From: Macrostomum hystrix
Taxonomy: Eukaryota > Animalia > Platyhelminthes
NCBI GenBank assembly: GCA_950097015.1
Contig: CATNEN010000038.1
Span: 7,750,001 to 7,814,000, forward strand
Direction of reading: 5' to 3'
Length of the DNA stretch: 64,000 nucleotides
Position numbers and translations under genes: made by a program. This document shows, piece after piece, positions 37,229 through 51,100 of this stretch (position 1 is its first letter; each line of letters begins with the position of its first letter). The notes under the pieces are model-generated. The model had not been told where the DNA came from, made no database searches, and saw only the letters and a list, made by a program, of their open reading frames with translations.

Positions 37229-40200
37229 CTAGCCGGGCGCCACCAGACTGGTGCTATCGAAGCGGGCCTGGTCGTTGAAGCTGAAAGCCGTGGAGGGACA
37301 GTTGGCCAGAACCCAGGAGCTCTTCTTGGGCCGCTCGTCCAGGCACAGTAGGGCATTGTAGGGGATGCTTGCGTTGCGCTTGGAGCAGGCCATCTTGCGG
37401 TCCATGAGAATGGATGGACAGTACTCCAGGGTGGTGCGATGGCCCACGATCAGTATGTTGCCACCTGGCGTTTGAGGGAGATATTTTATTATTGAGAATT
37501 GACGCCTAAAATTAATTGAAAAGACAATATCAAACTAATAGCTAACTACTACTAGTAAAACCATTGCAACTCACCTCGCTTGCGCGTGGACTCCAGGATC
37601 TTTTTGAATACCTTCTGCAGGCGTTGGAAATACTTCTCACGATTGTTGCACCGGTCGAAGCTGTCCAAGGTGAAGTGCGGCTTGTAGTCCGAGTCGACAT
37701 TGTAGCCAGAGTTGCGCAACTCGAGCGGAGTCATAAAGTGCGGAACCTAAAGAGTAGTTAAATCAAACATTCCATCTTTGACTACTAACAGTAGCTTGCA
37801 AAAACATGCCCGTTTATACAAAAGCAATACTTATTGTATTAATAAAGACTTTAAACTACTCGTAGTGTACTTTCTTAGCAAAAAAACCTACAGTTGAACA
37901 CAAAAATTTAAACTACTAATAGAAGCTTGTGCGTAATTATAATCAAATAAATGTTAAATAAGTTTTAGTAAAAAACTAAGAAATACTACACGGACTATCA
38001 GTAATAAGTGGCAAGCATCTCAGAGCCGTCTCACCTCTACTTTATCATCGTAGGTGAACTCGTTAAGCATTGGCTCAATTCGTACAGTCAGTGAGGTCTG
38101 GCCGGCGCCGCGCAGCAGGTGATGAGCGGTCTGGACGCAGCGCAGGGCGGGGCTGCTGTAGGCGTAGGTGTACCTCACGCCAGCCCTGGCCAAGGCATCG
38201 CCCATCTGGTGAGACACGAACTGGCCAATCAGGGTGAGGGGAGTGTCGTGATCGAAATCTTTGACTGGCCTAGTGGGCAGCACCTCCGGGATGTTTAAAT
38301 CGAAGCGATTAGCGAACACGCCCTTGGAGTCGAAGGCCTTGTCGAACCAGTTAAAGCCGACGGTCATGTCTAGCCGCTCAGCGTGCCGCATCAGGTGCAG
38401 CTGACGACGCGGCCGATCAGGGACGAAGAAGGAGGCGAAGGATTTGGACTTGCCGACCGGCTTGGGCGACGCCGGCATGCTGTCCGAGGAGCCGGACGTG
38501 TCCGACGGTGGCACTCCGCTCACGGACTGCGGGCAGGCCGGAAGAGAATGTAGACAGTCTAAGATTCTATTCACCCAGAAGCTGGACTGTCTGAAATTCT
38601 ATTCACCCTGAAGCTGGACTGTCTGAGATTCTATTCACCCTGAAGCTGGACCGAGAATCTGAGATTCTATTCACCCTGAAGCTGGACCGAGAATCTGAGA
38701 TTCTATTCACCCTGAAGCTGGACTGTCCGAGATTCTATTCACCCTGAAGCTGGACTGTCCGAGATTCTATTCACCCTGAAGCTGGACTGTCCGAGATTCT
38801 ATTCACCCTGAGGCTGGACTGTCCGAGATTCTATTCACCCTGAGGCTGGACTGTCCGAGATTCTATTCACCCTGAAGCTGGACTGTCCGAGATTCTATTC
38901 ACCCTGAAGCTGGACCGAGAATCTGAGATTCTATTCACCCTGAAGCTGGACTGTCCGAGATTCTATTCACCCTGAAGCTGGACTGTCCGAGATTCTATTC
39001 ACCCTGAAGCTGGACTGTCCGAGATTCTATTCACCCTGAAGCTGGACTGTCCGAGATTCTATTCACCCTGAAGCTGGACTGTCCGAGATTCTATTCACCC
39101 TGAGGCTGGACTGTCCGAGATTCTATTCACCCTGAGGCTGGACTGTCCGAGATTCTATTTGCCGGACTTCAGTCCGCGCTTTGGTTGGGGAGTATTCCAG
39201 CCGCTAACGGTGCCTTTTTGCTGCTCCCGGCTGGCTTGGGGTGTCGGCCAGTCGGGCTTTTCTCACTCGTGTAACGAGCAGCCCCCCACCTGCTTTTCAG
39301 CCATGGCCTCGCCCATCTCTTCTTTCGAAACCGAGCTAAACTCGGCCGCTCCGGACGCTGCCACTGGCAGGTCCCACGTCCTCGGTGCAGCTGGTGGGAC
39401 TGAGAATCCCGCCACTGAAATCGTCGACCAGGATAAACGCAACCCGAGCCGCAAGCGCTCGGAGGAAGCGCGTGTAAGGCGCAACCAGAAGCGCAACGAA
39501 CGCCGCCGTAATGCTGCGGCGGCCGCGACTGGTGGGCGCCCGACACCTGCACACGAGGCGGGTGCGAAAGATGCGGCAGGGCCACCTGGATCCGCCGCCC
39601 CCCCCACCGCCGCTCCGGCCAGCACCATCTCCAAGGCCGGCACCGACGCCGACGGAAAGAGCGTGGAAGGCGCAGCAGGGCCATCTGGAGCCGCCGCCCC
39701 CACCGCCATCACGGCCACCACCACCCACAAGGCCGGCACGTCCAACGCCAGCAAGGCCAAGGAGACCTATGCCTCCAAAGCCAAGCGGGAGCCTGTCCAG
39801 CCGGCGATCATTGTGGTCGGCGAGGAACAGGACCTCTCAAACGAGCAGCTCAAAAGCATGCTCAGGACCATCGACGAGGGCCTCACGGACCTGGCACTGG
39901 CAGGGACACCAGTCAGCGTTGTCAGGTCCGAAGCGCAGGAGGGGGCTGTCCTCCTCTGGTGCAAATCGGCGGGGGATAGCCGCCTGCTGCGCGATCGGAT
40001 CAAAGACTTCAAGTGGAGCACCGATGTCGGAAGACTGAGGTGCACCACCGAGTCCGAGCGTCCACGGACCCGACGTCATCGTGTCTGGGTCCCCGACGCC
40101 TGCTCAATCCGGTCCGGGGACCAACTTCGGCAGCTGCTGCTGAAGATGAACCCGGACCTCCCAGCCTCCGGGCTGATCTGCCACGAAACCGTCCGCAAAG

Positions 40201-43200
40201 AAGCGGAGGGTTTCACGGCGATCTACGGCTTCTCCGAAGCCTGGTCCAAAAGGATCCCTCACAAGAGCGTAATCAAACCGGGACTCTACCCGCTGACCAT
40301 CCTGGATTGTCAGGAGAGGAAGGCCGGGGAGGGATCGGAAAATAAGCGGGCCGCTCCTGGCTCTGGGGCGAAAGCTCCGCCAGCTAAGCGGCATGCAACG
40401 TCCGCGGACCCCCGCCCGGGCAAAAATATCCGCATCGCCGAATCCGGCCCCCGAGATCGTAGACCAGCCCGCAACAACCGCAAATCGGGCCTGGTCTTGC
40501 GGGCGCTCAGCGAAGCCCGAGCGCTCAGAGAGCACCTGGAGCGCTCCCGCGCTACAAAAGCGCAAACCTCCCTTCCTCCCAGCCAGCCGCAAAGTGCCGG
40601 GACCCACGGAGCGGTGGCCACCGACTGGTCTGAGGATCCCCCTCACCGGAAGGAGGCTGCCATCCACACGGACCCGACCCCCGAGGGCGAGGCGTCGAGT
40701 GACGGCAGCGACTGCACCGTTGTTGGGTGGAGCGGCCGGGACACGCAGCGGTCAGAGCAGCAGCTCTCCGCAGCGATTCCCGCCGTTCCCTCCACAGCGG
40801 TTGCGGGCGCGCCGCTACTCATGGAGGTCTGCAGCCCGACCCCGTCTGAGGAGGACGAGCTGCTCAAGGAGACTCCCGCTGGACCATGATCGGCCACACT
40901 GGGATCACCTGCCTGCAGGTTAACCTGCAACACTGCATAGCTGCATCCGTCAATCTGATGCGCTATGTCGAGCTCAACATGCCGGGTCTCATCCTCGTCC
41001 AGGAGCCGTGGACTCATAAAGGTAAGCCTCAAAATGTACCCAATGGGTATCACTGCCTCTACAACAGCCGTCACTGGGAGAACCAAACTCCCAGGGCGTG
41101 CATCCTCGTGAGAGACTCCCTCAACGCCTGGCACAGACCCGACCTTTCTGATCGGGACACCTGTGTCATCCAGACGGAGAACATCCTCCCAGGAAAAACC
41201 GTCTTAATCGCCTCGGTTTACTTACCGGGCGACAGGCCGGCAGTCCCTGAGGAGCTGATCTCTCTGACTGAAACCTGCGCTGCCAAAAACTATGAGCTCA
41301 TAGTGGCTGGCGATATTAACGCCCACCACACCCACTGGGGGAGCTCTGACATTAACTCGAGAGGCGAGGACCTCCTTGCCTACATCTTAACCACGTCCCT
41401 GGAGTTCTGCAACACAGGGAGCACCCCGACCTTTGACAATGGCCGGTGGTCTGAGGTCATCGACGCCACTCTAGCCACACCTGGGCTTTACCAGAGCCTT
41501 AGGGAGTGGCAGGTTCTGCCGGAGACCTCCCTCTCCGATCATAAATACATCTCTTTCCAACTGGCGGGTGCACGCTGCACTAACCAGATCACTTGGAAAA
41601 GGAACGCTAGGAATACCGATTGGGAAGCCTTCAGGCATAACCTCGAAGGAACCCAACGAAACCTAAGCCCCCCCGCCAACACCTGCGATGAAGCGGATGA
41701 GCTAGCTGAGTTTCTCACCAACTCGCTGACCACCGCCTTCGAGGCCTCCTGCCCCCTCAAAGCTTACAGAGGCAAAACTTCGGCCCCTTGGTGGAATCCG
41801 CAGCTCGGCGAGCTCCGTCGAACGGCGAAGCGGCTGCACCGCAGGGCCACGAAGACAAAAAACCCGGCTGATCAGGCTGCGTATCTCGAAGCCATCCATA
41901 GCTTCAAGAAGGAAGTCAGAAACGCCAAAAACAGCAAGTGGCGGCAATACTGTGAGGAGCTTGAGGGCACTCGCCCCACCTCCAGAATTGTCAAAGCCCT
42001 CACGCTGGACAAAATGTCCAAGCTTTCGACGGTGAGGAAGGCCGATGGCCGACCCACCGAGAACCCTGGGGAAACGCTCGACACTATGCTCACAGCCTTT
42101 TTCCCCAGCGTGCCAGCAGGGACAGACCCCCCGGATCACACCGAGGGAGGTCATATCCTTGCGACGTCCATCATTACTGAAGACCGGGTTACCAAGGCAG
42201 CCCAGTCTTTCAAACCCTTCAAATCCCCGGGGCCGGACGGCATTATACCAGCCTTCATCCGCGAGGCGGTAAAATGCCATGGCTTCCTCACAAATCTTTG
42301 CAAGCTCCTTAAGGCTTGCATTGTGCTTGGGTATGTTCCGAAGGCATGGACCGAGGCGAGGGTGGTTTTTATCCCCAAGCCAGGCCGCCCGGACTACCAT
42401 TCCATTAAATCGTTTCGGCCAATTAGCCTTACCTCCACCATGGTCAAACTGATGGAGAGATTGGTGCTCTGGCGCCTCCTCTCTGTGGAGCTGAAAAATA
42501 TGCCACTAAGCGGCAATCAACACGCCTTTCGGTCGGGACGTTCCACCGAAAGCGCTCTCCACGCTCTGGTGGACGCTCTGGAAAAGGCCGTCCTCGGGAA
42601 CGGCTTTGCCCTGAGCATCTTCCTGGATATTGACGGGGCCTTCGACAACGTTCTCTTCGAGGCGTTTGACAGGGCCCTACGTATGCGGCACACGCATTCG
42701 CATCTTAGGAGGTGGATCATGTACATGGTCCGCCACCGCACTGCTACGGCACACCTTCTTGGACACCAGCGGACGGTCACTGTCTGCAAAGGTTGCCCAC
42801 AAGGCGGCGTCCTCTCACCAGTTCTCTGGAACATGGTTATCGACGAGCTCTTACGAGACTCTCAGCCAGACCCCATCCTAAAGGTCGGCTATGCGGATGA
42901 TGTTACGGCAGTGGCATCTGGCCCGGTACCAGAGGCCCTCCGAGACCTTCTGCAAAACTTTATCAACAACGCCGAAAGATGGGCAACTCGCTGCGGTCTG
43001 AAGCTCTCCGAGTCTAAGACAGCGGCGATCATGTTCACCAGCAAAAACAAATGGCATATTCGCCCCCTCCAGCTGTATGGAAAGGACATCACCTTCCAGA
43101 AGCAAACTAAATGCCTGGGCATAACGCTCGATCACAGGCTCAGCTGGACTCCTCATGTCCATGCCAAAGCCAAAAAGGCCTTTGCGATCCTGGCGCAGCT

Positions 43201-46200
43201 GCGCAGGGCGGTGGGCAACACGTGGGGTCTCACCCCCAAACGCCTATGGTGGATCTACACTGCTATGGTCAGGCCGGCTGTCTCGTACGCCGGACTGATC
43301 TGGGCTAGCGCCCTTCAGCTTAAGACCTGCCATGAGACTCTTCGGAGAGTGCAAGGTCGCGCATGTCGGACGATCATGAGCGCCCCGCCATCCGCCCCCT
43401 TCGATGGCCTCAACGCCTTCTTGAACATCCTCCCGCTCGATATCTTTATCCGCGGGGAGGCGGCAAAAACCGCCCGGCGTCTCCTTGATGCCGGTGTGCG
43501 CTTCGTCCCCCAACGAGCGGCAGCGAAGCGAAAGCTCCTGCCGCACACGGACCTTTGCCTGAGAGACTTGGGTGCGAGCAACGGAATCAATGTCCTTACG
43601 GACGGTGAACCGTGCTCGCTCAACCTCCTTCAGCGCTTTAAGGTTCTCATCCCCACCAGGGACCAAGTTAGCGACCACTGGAACACCCAGGAGGTCCACT
43701 GCTACACGGACGGATCCATGAAGGATGGCTCCGCTGGCTTCGGGGTCTGTATCCTTATCAACGGACGTGTTGTCGCCACACACGCCCAACACACTGGAAA
43801 ATCCTCGAGCGTTTTCCAGAACGAGGTCCTGGCCATCAGCTCCTGCGCTGCGGAGTTGAATGAGAAAAACATCTCAGGCAGGACTATCATCTTTCACTCG
43901 GACAGTCAGGCTGCTCTGCAAGCCCTCTGTCACACCACCACAACCTCCCGGACAGTCTCCGACTGCGTCCGGCAGCTCAATAACCTGGCCGGTAAGAATA
44001 CCGTCAGACTTCAGTGGATACCAGGGCACGCCGGTTTCCCTGGTAACGAGCTTGCTGACCACCTGGCCAAGCAGGGAGGAGCCAGCTCTGCGCCGGGCCC
44101 CTCCCCCCCGGCTCCGATTCCGAGCACCGTCATTTATCGTCAGATTAATGATTGGACCGCCAACCTCCATCTTACCCGGTGGAGAAGCACCACTAACTGC
44201 CGCCAATCCAAAGCGGCAGTTCCAGTGCCATCCGCTCGGCTCCGGAAGGTCCTTCTGAACCAGACCCGGAAGGACATCCGGGCCCTCACCATGACCCTCA
44301 CGGGCCATGGCTGCTACGCCAGACACTGTTTCCTCCGTGGAGACCTCCGGAGTGAGCTGTGCCCTTTCTGCAACCTTGAGGACGAGGATGCCCTGCACTT
44401 CGTCTGCCACTGCCCTTTCTTCACCAGAGAGAGGCTCAATCACCTCGGACCAAACCCATCAATGGACGATGTTTGCAGATCCGAGAACATCCCGCGGCTC
44501 GTCCGGTTCCTAAGGGCTACCAGACGAGCCTCTTTCTTCCCCAGCGAGGAACAAGCTGCAGGAAGGACCGAACACGGACCTCCCTGACTGGCCCCGCGCC
44601 ATCGGTCGATTGCGGGTCTTTCAGGGATTAGCGGAATGGGCGACTCCCGCCTCCCCGCTGCGTCCGTCGGACCGCCCTGCAGATAAGTCAAAAGTAAGTC
44701 AAGGACTGTCCGAGATTCTATTCACCCTGAGGCTGGACTGTCCGAGATTCTATTCACCCTGAAGCTGGACTGTCCGAGATTCTATTCACCCTGAAGCTGG
44801 ACCGAGAATCTGAGATTCTATTCACCCTGAAGCTGGACTGTCCGAGATTCTATTCACCCTGAAGCTGGACTGTCCGAGATTCTATTCACCCTGAAGCTGG
44901 ACTGTCCGAGATTCTATTCACCCTGAAGCTGGACTGTCCGAGATTCTATTCACCCTGAAGCTGGACTGTCCGAGATTCTATTCACCCTGAGGCTGGACTG
45001 TCCGAGATTCTATTCACCCTGAGGCTGGACTGTCCGAGATTCTATTCACCCTGAAGCTGGACTGTCCGAGATTCTATTCACCCTGAAGCTGGACCGAGAA
45101 TCTGAGATTCTATTCACCCTGAAGCTGGACTGTCCGAGATTCTATTCACCCTGAAGCTGGACCGAGAATCTGAGATTCTATTCACCCTGAAGCTGGACTG
45201 TCCGAGATTCTATTCACCCTGAAGCTGGACTGTCCGAGATTCTATTCACCCTGAAGCTGGACCGAGAATCTGAGATTCTATTCACCCTGAAGCTGGACTG
45301 TCCGAGATTCTATTCACCCTGAAGCTGGACCGAGAATCTGAGATTCTATTCACCCTGAAGCTGGACTGTCTGAGATTCTATTCACCCTGAAGCTGGACTG
45401 TCTGAGATTCTATTCACCCTGAAGCTGGACTGTCCGAGATTCTATTCACCCTGAAGCTGGACTGTCCGAGATTCTATTCACCCTGAAGCTGGACTGTCCG
45501 AGAAACTTTTTAGAGAAATTGCTAGCTTTCTAACAATAGAAAGATGTGAACCAAGACGCAAATGCAATCGATCAGTCAACAAAAGACAGCAGTAAAAGAA
45601 TTTTGCTAGGCACAATAAAAAGCGACTCCGGCAGTCGCACAATAGAATAAAATTTTTCTTGACTGAGAGATGCAGCACGGGATCTGCATAAATGGCACAA
45701 AGTGCTATGCTGAATGATTGGTCACGCAAGCGGCAGGAAGCAGCAGCAGCAGCAGCAAAAGCCGATTACTCAGCCATTCAGGAAAAGTGTCCTCTAACAA
45801 ATGAGCCAGCTGTGAGCACGGCAAACAAGCGCAGGTTGGGCAAACAAGAGTTGGGGCGGTGGGTTAATTCTTGCAGACTCACGAATGGGCGCCGCCTGCA
45901 TTCTGAAACAACTGAGCTGCATTCTATTCTGCAGGCTTTAGAAAACACAGCCCAGTTAGTCACAGAAATTGAAATAGGGGACACAGAAGGCCAGATAAGC
46001 AGAGGCCGTTGAGAACTTTTTAACAGACCGAAAAGAGAAGCTTACAGGTGGGAATGACAGGGGAATGTAAGCACACAGGTGGGCATGACAGGGGAATGTA
46101 AGCACACAGGTGGGAATGACAGGGGAATGTAAGCACACAGGTGGGAATGACAGGGGAATGTAAGCACACAGGTGGGCATGACAGGGGAATGTAAGCACAC

Positions 46201-48072
46201 AGGTGGGCATGACAGGGGAATGTAAGCACACAGGTGGGCATGACAGGGGAATGTAAGCACACAGGTGGGAATGACAGGGGAATGTAAGCACACAGGTGGG
46301 CATGACAGGGGAATGTAAGCACACAGGTGGGCATGACAGGGGAATGTAAGCACACAGGTGGGAATGACAGGGGAATATTAGCATACAGGTGGGAATGACA
46401 GGGGAATGTAAGCACACAGGTGGGAATGACAGGGGAATGTTAACACACAGGTGGGTATGACAGGGGAATATAAGCACACAGGTGGGAATGACAAAGGAAT
46501 GTAAGCACACAGGTGGGAATGACAGGGGAATATTAGCAATTAGCATACAGGTGGGAATGACAGGGGAATGTAAACACACAGGTGGGAATGACAGGGGAAT
46601 GTAAGCACACAGGTAAAAATAGTAGAGTAATAATGGCAATCTGCACTCACATAGTTAAGCCTGTAAGCGGCTGTGGCTGACCCCGATGAGCCATTGGAGC
46701 CGCAGTAGCCGTAGCCGTAGCCGCTGCCGCCGCTACCGCCAGTGCCTGAGGCGCATTCTTCAGAGCTCTGGCGGGAGAAGCTGGCCCAGCAGCTGGAGGA
46801 GGCGCTGTTGCCAAGCGGTGAGGCAGGCATTGTGCAGCCTATGTTGGCCACTCTGTGTGGTAATTCAGTTGCGATGGTTTTATAAAATGAATATAGCAAA
46901 TAAGTGATACAGAAATTGGGATTTTAATCTATTTGAACTGGCGAGTGGGGATCCAAAGGTCCGACTATTGATAATGAGTGAAAAAATGCCTACAAATGTT
47001 CAAATCATCAGGTTGTAAAGAAAGTTTCAATGAGAACTTGGGTAAAACACACGCACAGAATCCAGCTCCTGGGTGGAGTCAAGACCTTGATCACGTGACG
47101 CATTGTGTGAATCTAGCTCCTGGATGGAGTCAAGACCTTGATCACGTGACGCATTGTGTGAATCCAGCTCCTGGATGGAGTCAAGACCTTGATCACGTGA
47201 CACATTATGTGAATCTAGCTCCTGGATGGAGTCAAGACCTTGATCACGTGACGCATTGTGTGAATCTAGCTCCTGGATGGAGTCAAGACCTTGATCACGT
47301 GACGCATTGTGTGAATCTAGCTCCTGGATGGAGTCAAGACCTTGATCACGTGACGCATTGTGTGAATCTAGCTCCTGGATTGAGTCAAGACCTTGATCAC
47401 GTGACGCATAGTGTGAATCTAGCTCCTGGATGGAGTCAAGACCGTGATCACGTGACGCATTGTGTGAATCTAGCTCCTGGATGGAGTCAAGACCGTGATC
47501 ACGTGACGCATTGTGTGAATCTAGCTCCTGGATTGAGTCAAGACCGTGATCACGTGACGCATAGTGTGAATCTAGCTCCTGGATTGAGTCAAGACCTTGA
47601 TCACGTGACGCATAGTGTGAATCTAGCTCCTGGATGGAGTCAAGACCGTGATCACGTGACGCATTGTGTGAATCTAGCTCCTGGATGGAGTCAAGACCGT
47701 GATCACGTGACGCATAGTGTGAATCTAGCTCCTGGATGGAGTCAAGACCTTGTTCACGTGACGCATTGTGTGAATCTAGCTCCTGGATTGAGTCAAGACT
47801 GTGATCACGTGACGCATTGTGTGAATCCAGCTTCTGGATGGAGTCAAGGCCTTGATCACGTGACACAGCGTGAATCAAGCCTCTGGATGGACTCAAGGCC
47901 TTGATCACGTGACATAGTGTGAATCTTGGCGGGAAGAAGAAAGCGGAAATGCTGACCCCAGTATCTGGGTGTTTTTCTTCTGTACAGGACAAAACCTGCG
48001 ACTATAAACTGTGGGAAAAGTCCGAGAAGCGGGTCCAAGCGATTGCAAGATGGCAAGTGACGCGGGCCAGAT

Positions 48073-48105
<33 letters not shown>

Positions 48106-51100
48106 CTGCACAATATGAAGATAGCTTCACAGCTTCATTCCGCGTCAAAAGCATCAAGTTTAGGGTTCGAATGTTCCCACACTTCAGAGACGATTGCCAT
48201 ATGAACATTATAGCAGAAGAAGCAGCCTACAAAGCTGTGTGGTTGCTAACAGGAAACAAATAGAATTATAATTTGGACGCATTTTTCTGCATATTTGAGT
48301 CTATAATGAGTATGAGAACATAGAAACAAAAGTTTGTTTCCCAATTCAGAATTGGGGCAGGCCGCATACAGGTGGAGATTGGAGGTGGGGAAGGGGACCG
48401 CAGGATGAATGGGATGCGGCAGTTTCACATCCCGGCAATAAGAGGATGGGAGGCAGAGATACCAGACAACCGGGGTGCCTGGATGCCCTATGGCGGTGGC
48501 TGTCGAGGCACGGGACCGACAAGCAGCCCACCCCCAGCTAGCCTAGCCTGAATGTCTTCCACCTGTGGCTGCAGAGACCTCAGAAGGTAAAGTAAATCGA
48601 TTCGCACCTGCCAGCCGTGCGCCTGTCAGGGTGCGATGGCCCACCACACAGCTCTGCTGTTCCTATAATGTATTCTGTCTATTCTGCGTGTGTGAGCGCA
48701 TTCCACATTTCCCTAACTCATCACACTGTGCTTCTTTTGTCTGACTGGTCTGTTTCGCAGATAAATAACCCAGCCTGTTCTATTACTAGTGCCAGTACAC
48801 TAACTCTACTCTATACTGTCTCACACAATCTACTCTCTACTGTCTCACACAATCTACTCTCTACTGTCTCACACAATCTACTCTCTACTGTCTCACACAA
48901 TCTACTCTCTACTGTCTCACACAATCTACTCTCTACTGTCTCACACAATCTACTCTCTACTGTCTCACACAATCTACTCTCTACTGTCTCACACAATCTA
49001 CTCTCTACTGTCTCACACAATCTACTCTCTACTGTCTCACACAATCTACTCTCTACTGTCTCACACAATCTACTCTCTACTGTCTCACACAATCTACTCT
49101 CTACTGTCTCACACAATCTACTCTCTACTGTCTCACACAATCTACTCTCTACTGTCTCACACAATCTACTCTCTACTGTCTCACACAATCTACTCTCTAC
49201 TGTCTCACACAATCTACTCTCTAATGCATAATCTATCGCAATCAGTGGCCGATGCCGCCCCTGATCTACCCTCTCCTAGATCACAATGGGCTTGTTAGCA
49301 GTATTTGAGGAGGCCAAGTGAAATAATAAAGTTGAGGCATGAAATCAGAGGGCAGACAAAAAAACAGCGCTGCGCACTCCAGACAGAAAGCAACAGACAA
49401 GATAAGAGCAATATTGGCAATGTACACATAGCTGCGGTTTAGCCATGTTCTTATCTTATTGAACAAGAGCAAGCCACCTTGAACTGTCTCCAAATCTGCA
49501 ATAGGCTTGGGCAGCGATACAATAGCAGATCAGCTGGCTGAGTGTGCACAGAGATTAGCAGATCCGGCTTTGGGACTAAATCAGCTGGCCTAAGAGGATT
49601 AACCACCTTAGGCAGCGAGCCTGTTCATGTTATGAATTTCTAAAAACTAACCCATTTGTTACCGGAATTTTCTAAGCACATGGAGGGTCTTGGTGATGGA
49701 TGGAGGGTCTTGGTGATGGGTGAGGGGTCTTGGATGGAGGGTCTTGGTGATGGATGGAGGGTCTTGGTGATGGATGGAGGGTCTTGGTGATGGATGAGGG
49801 TCTCGGCGATGGGTGGAGGGTCTTGGTGATGGATGGAGGGTCTCGGTGATGGGTAGAGGGTCTCGGTGATGGGTGGAGGGTCTCGGTGATGGGTGGAGGG
49901 TCTCGGTGATGGGTGGAGGGTCTCGGTGATGGGTGGAGGGTCTCGGTGATGGATGGAGGGTCTCGGTGATGGGTGGAGGGTCTCGGTGATGGGTGGAGGG
50001 TCTTGGTGATGGGTGGAGGGTCTCGGTGATGTTTGGAGGGTTTTGGATGGAGGGTCTCGGTGATGGGTGGAGGGTCTCGGTGATGGGTGGAGCGTTTTGG
50101 ATGGAGGGTCTTGGTGGTGGGTGGAGGGTCTCGGTGATGGGTGGAGGGTCTCGGTGATGGTTGGAGGGTCTTGGACGGAGGGTCTCGGTGATGGGTGGAG
50201 GGTTTTGGATGGAGGGTCTCGGTGATGGGTGGAGGGTCTCGGTGATGGGTGGAGGGTCTCGGTGATGGGTGGAGGGTCTTGGTGATGGGTGGAGGGTCTC
50301 GGTGATGTTTGGAGGGTCTTGGACGGAGGGTCTCGGTGATGGGTGGAGGGTCTCGGTGATGGATGGAGGGTCTCGGTGATGGGTGGAGGGTCTCGGTGAT
50401 GGGTGGAGGGTCTTGGTGATGGGTGGAGGGTCTCGGTGATGTTTGGAGGGTCTTGGACGGAGGGTCTCGGTGATGGGTGGAGGGTTTTGGATGGAGGGTC
50501 TCGGTGATGGGTGGAGGGTCTCGGTGATGGGTGGAGGGTTTTGGATGGAGGGTCTTGGTGGTGGGTGGAGGGTCTCGGTGATGGGTGGAGGGTCTCGGTG
50601 ATGGGTGGAGGGTCTTGGATGGAGGGTCTTGGTGATGGGTGGAGGGTCTCGGTGATGGGTGGAGGGTCTTGGTGACGGGTGCGTCAGTAGAATGTTTTGA
50701 AGAGATTTTGAAGTAAACGGCGCTACAGTTCTTGATCGCAAGGAAAAAACTAGCCTAAAAATCTATATTGGGGGGAACAGTGCACCTGGAGTTAAATTTG
50801 GAGCCCATAGCCAGCCCCGGATATCGACAATTCGCTTGCACTTTTTTGTTAAATGTTCCAAAAGCAGCCATTAGAATATTGAGGCAGGAAATGTCAGACT
50901 GCACACAGTTGCTAATTCAGCAAGGCACACGCTTACACACGCCCCAGCTGACGCAGGTGCAACACAAAAACTGGCCTAAGTTTGGTTAAGACGGCCCAGC
51001 CCACTGAGTGAGCAGCTGAGTTTGGAGATCGAGTTCCCTCCGATTGTTTCGAGAAGCAGCCAGTTGCGCCAAATAGCACGAAGAAGGTCGCGAACTAGGA

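Larger units (their letters stand above)
39160..44702 (+). mobile_element. Full-length non-LTR retrotransposon with RNase H, LOA-like (I group)
   Basis: Two overlapping ORFs, a short 3' UTR ending in AAGTCAAAAGTAAGTCAA, and flanking GGACTGTCCGAGATTCTATT at 39140-39159 and 44703-44722. It interrupts a 32-bp array and is antisense to the host intron. Confidence 0.93.

Noticed and set aside
39159-39302. ORF1 start at the TTG given in the ORF track
   Set aside because: It coincides with the element boundary. The first ATG in good context is at 39303.
41471-44691. Antisense ORFs within the retrotransposon, and within the kinase at 1356-2093
   Set aside because: These are shadow ORFs of GC-rich coding sequence with no recognisable motifs.
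48355-48660. GC-rich island in a UBASH3-like intron as an exon or mobile element
   Set aside because: It is not needed for frame continuity between exons 51152 and 46852, and I found no TSD, tail or second copy to support an element call.
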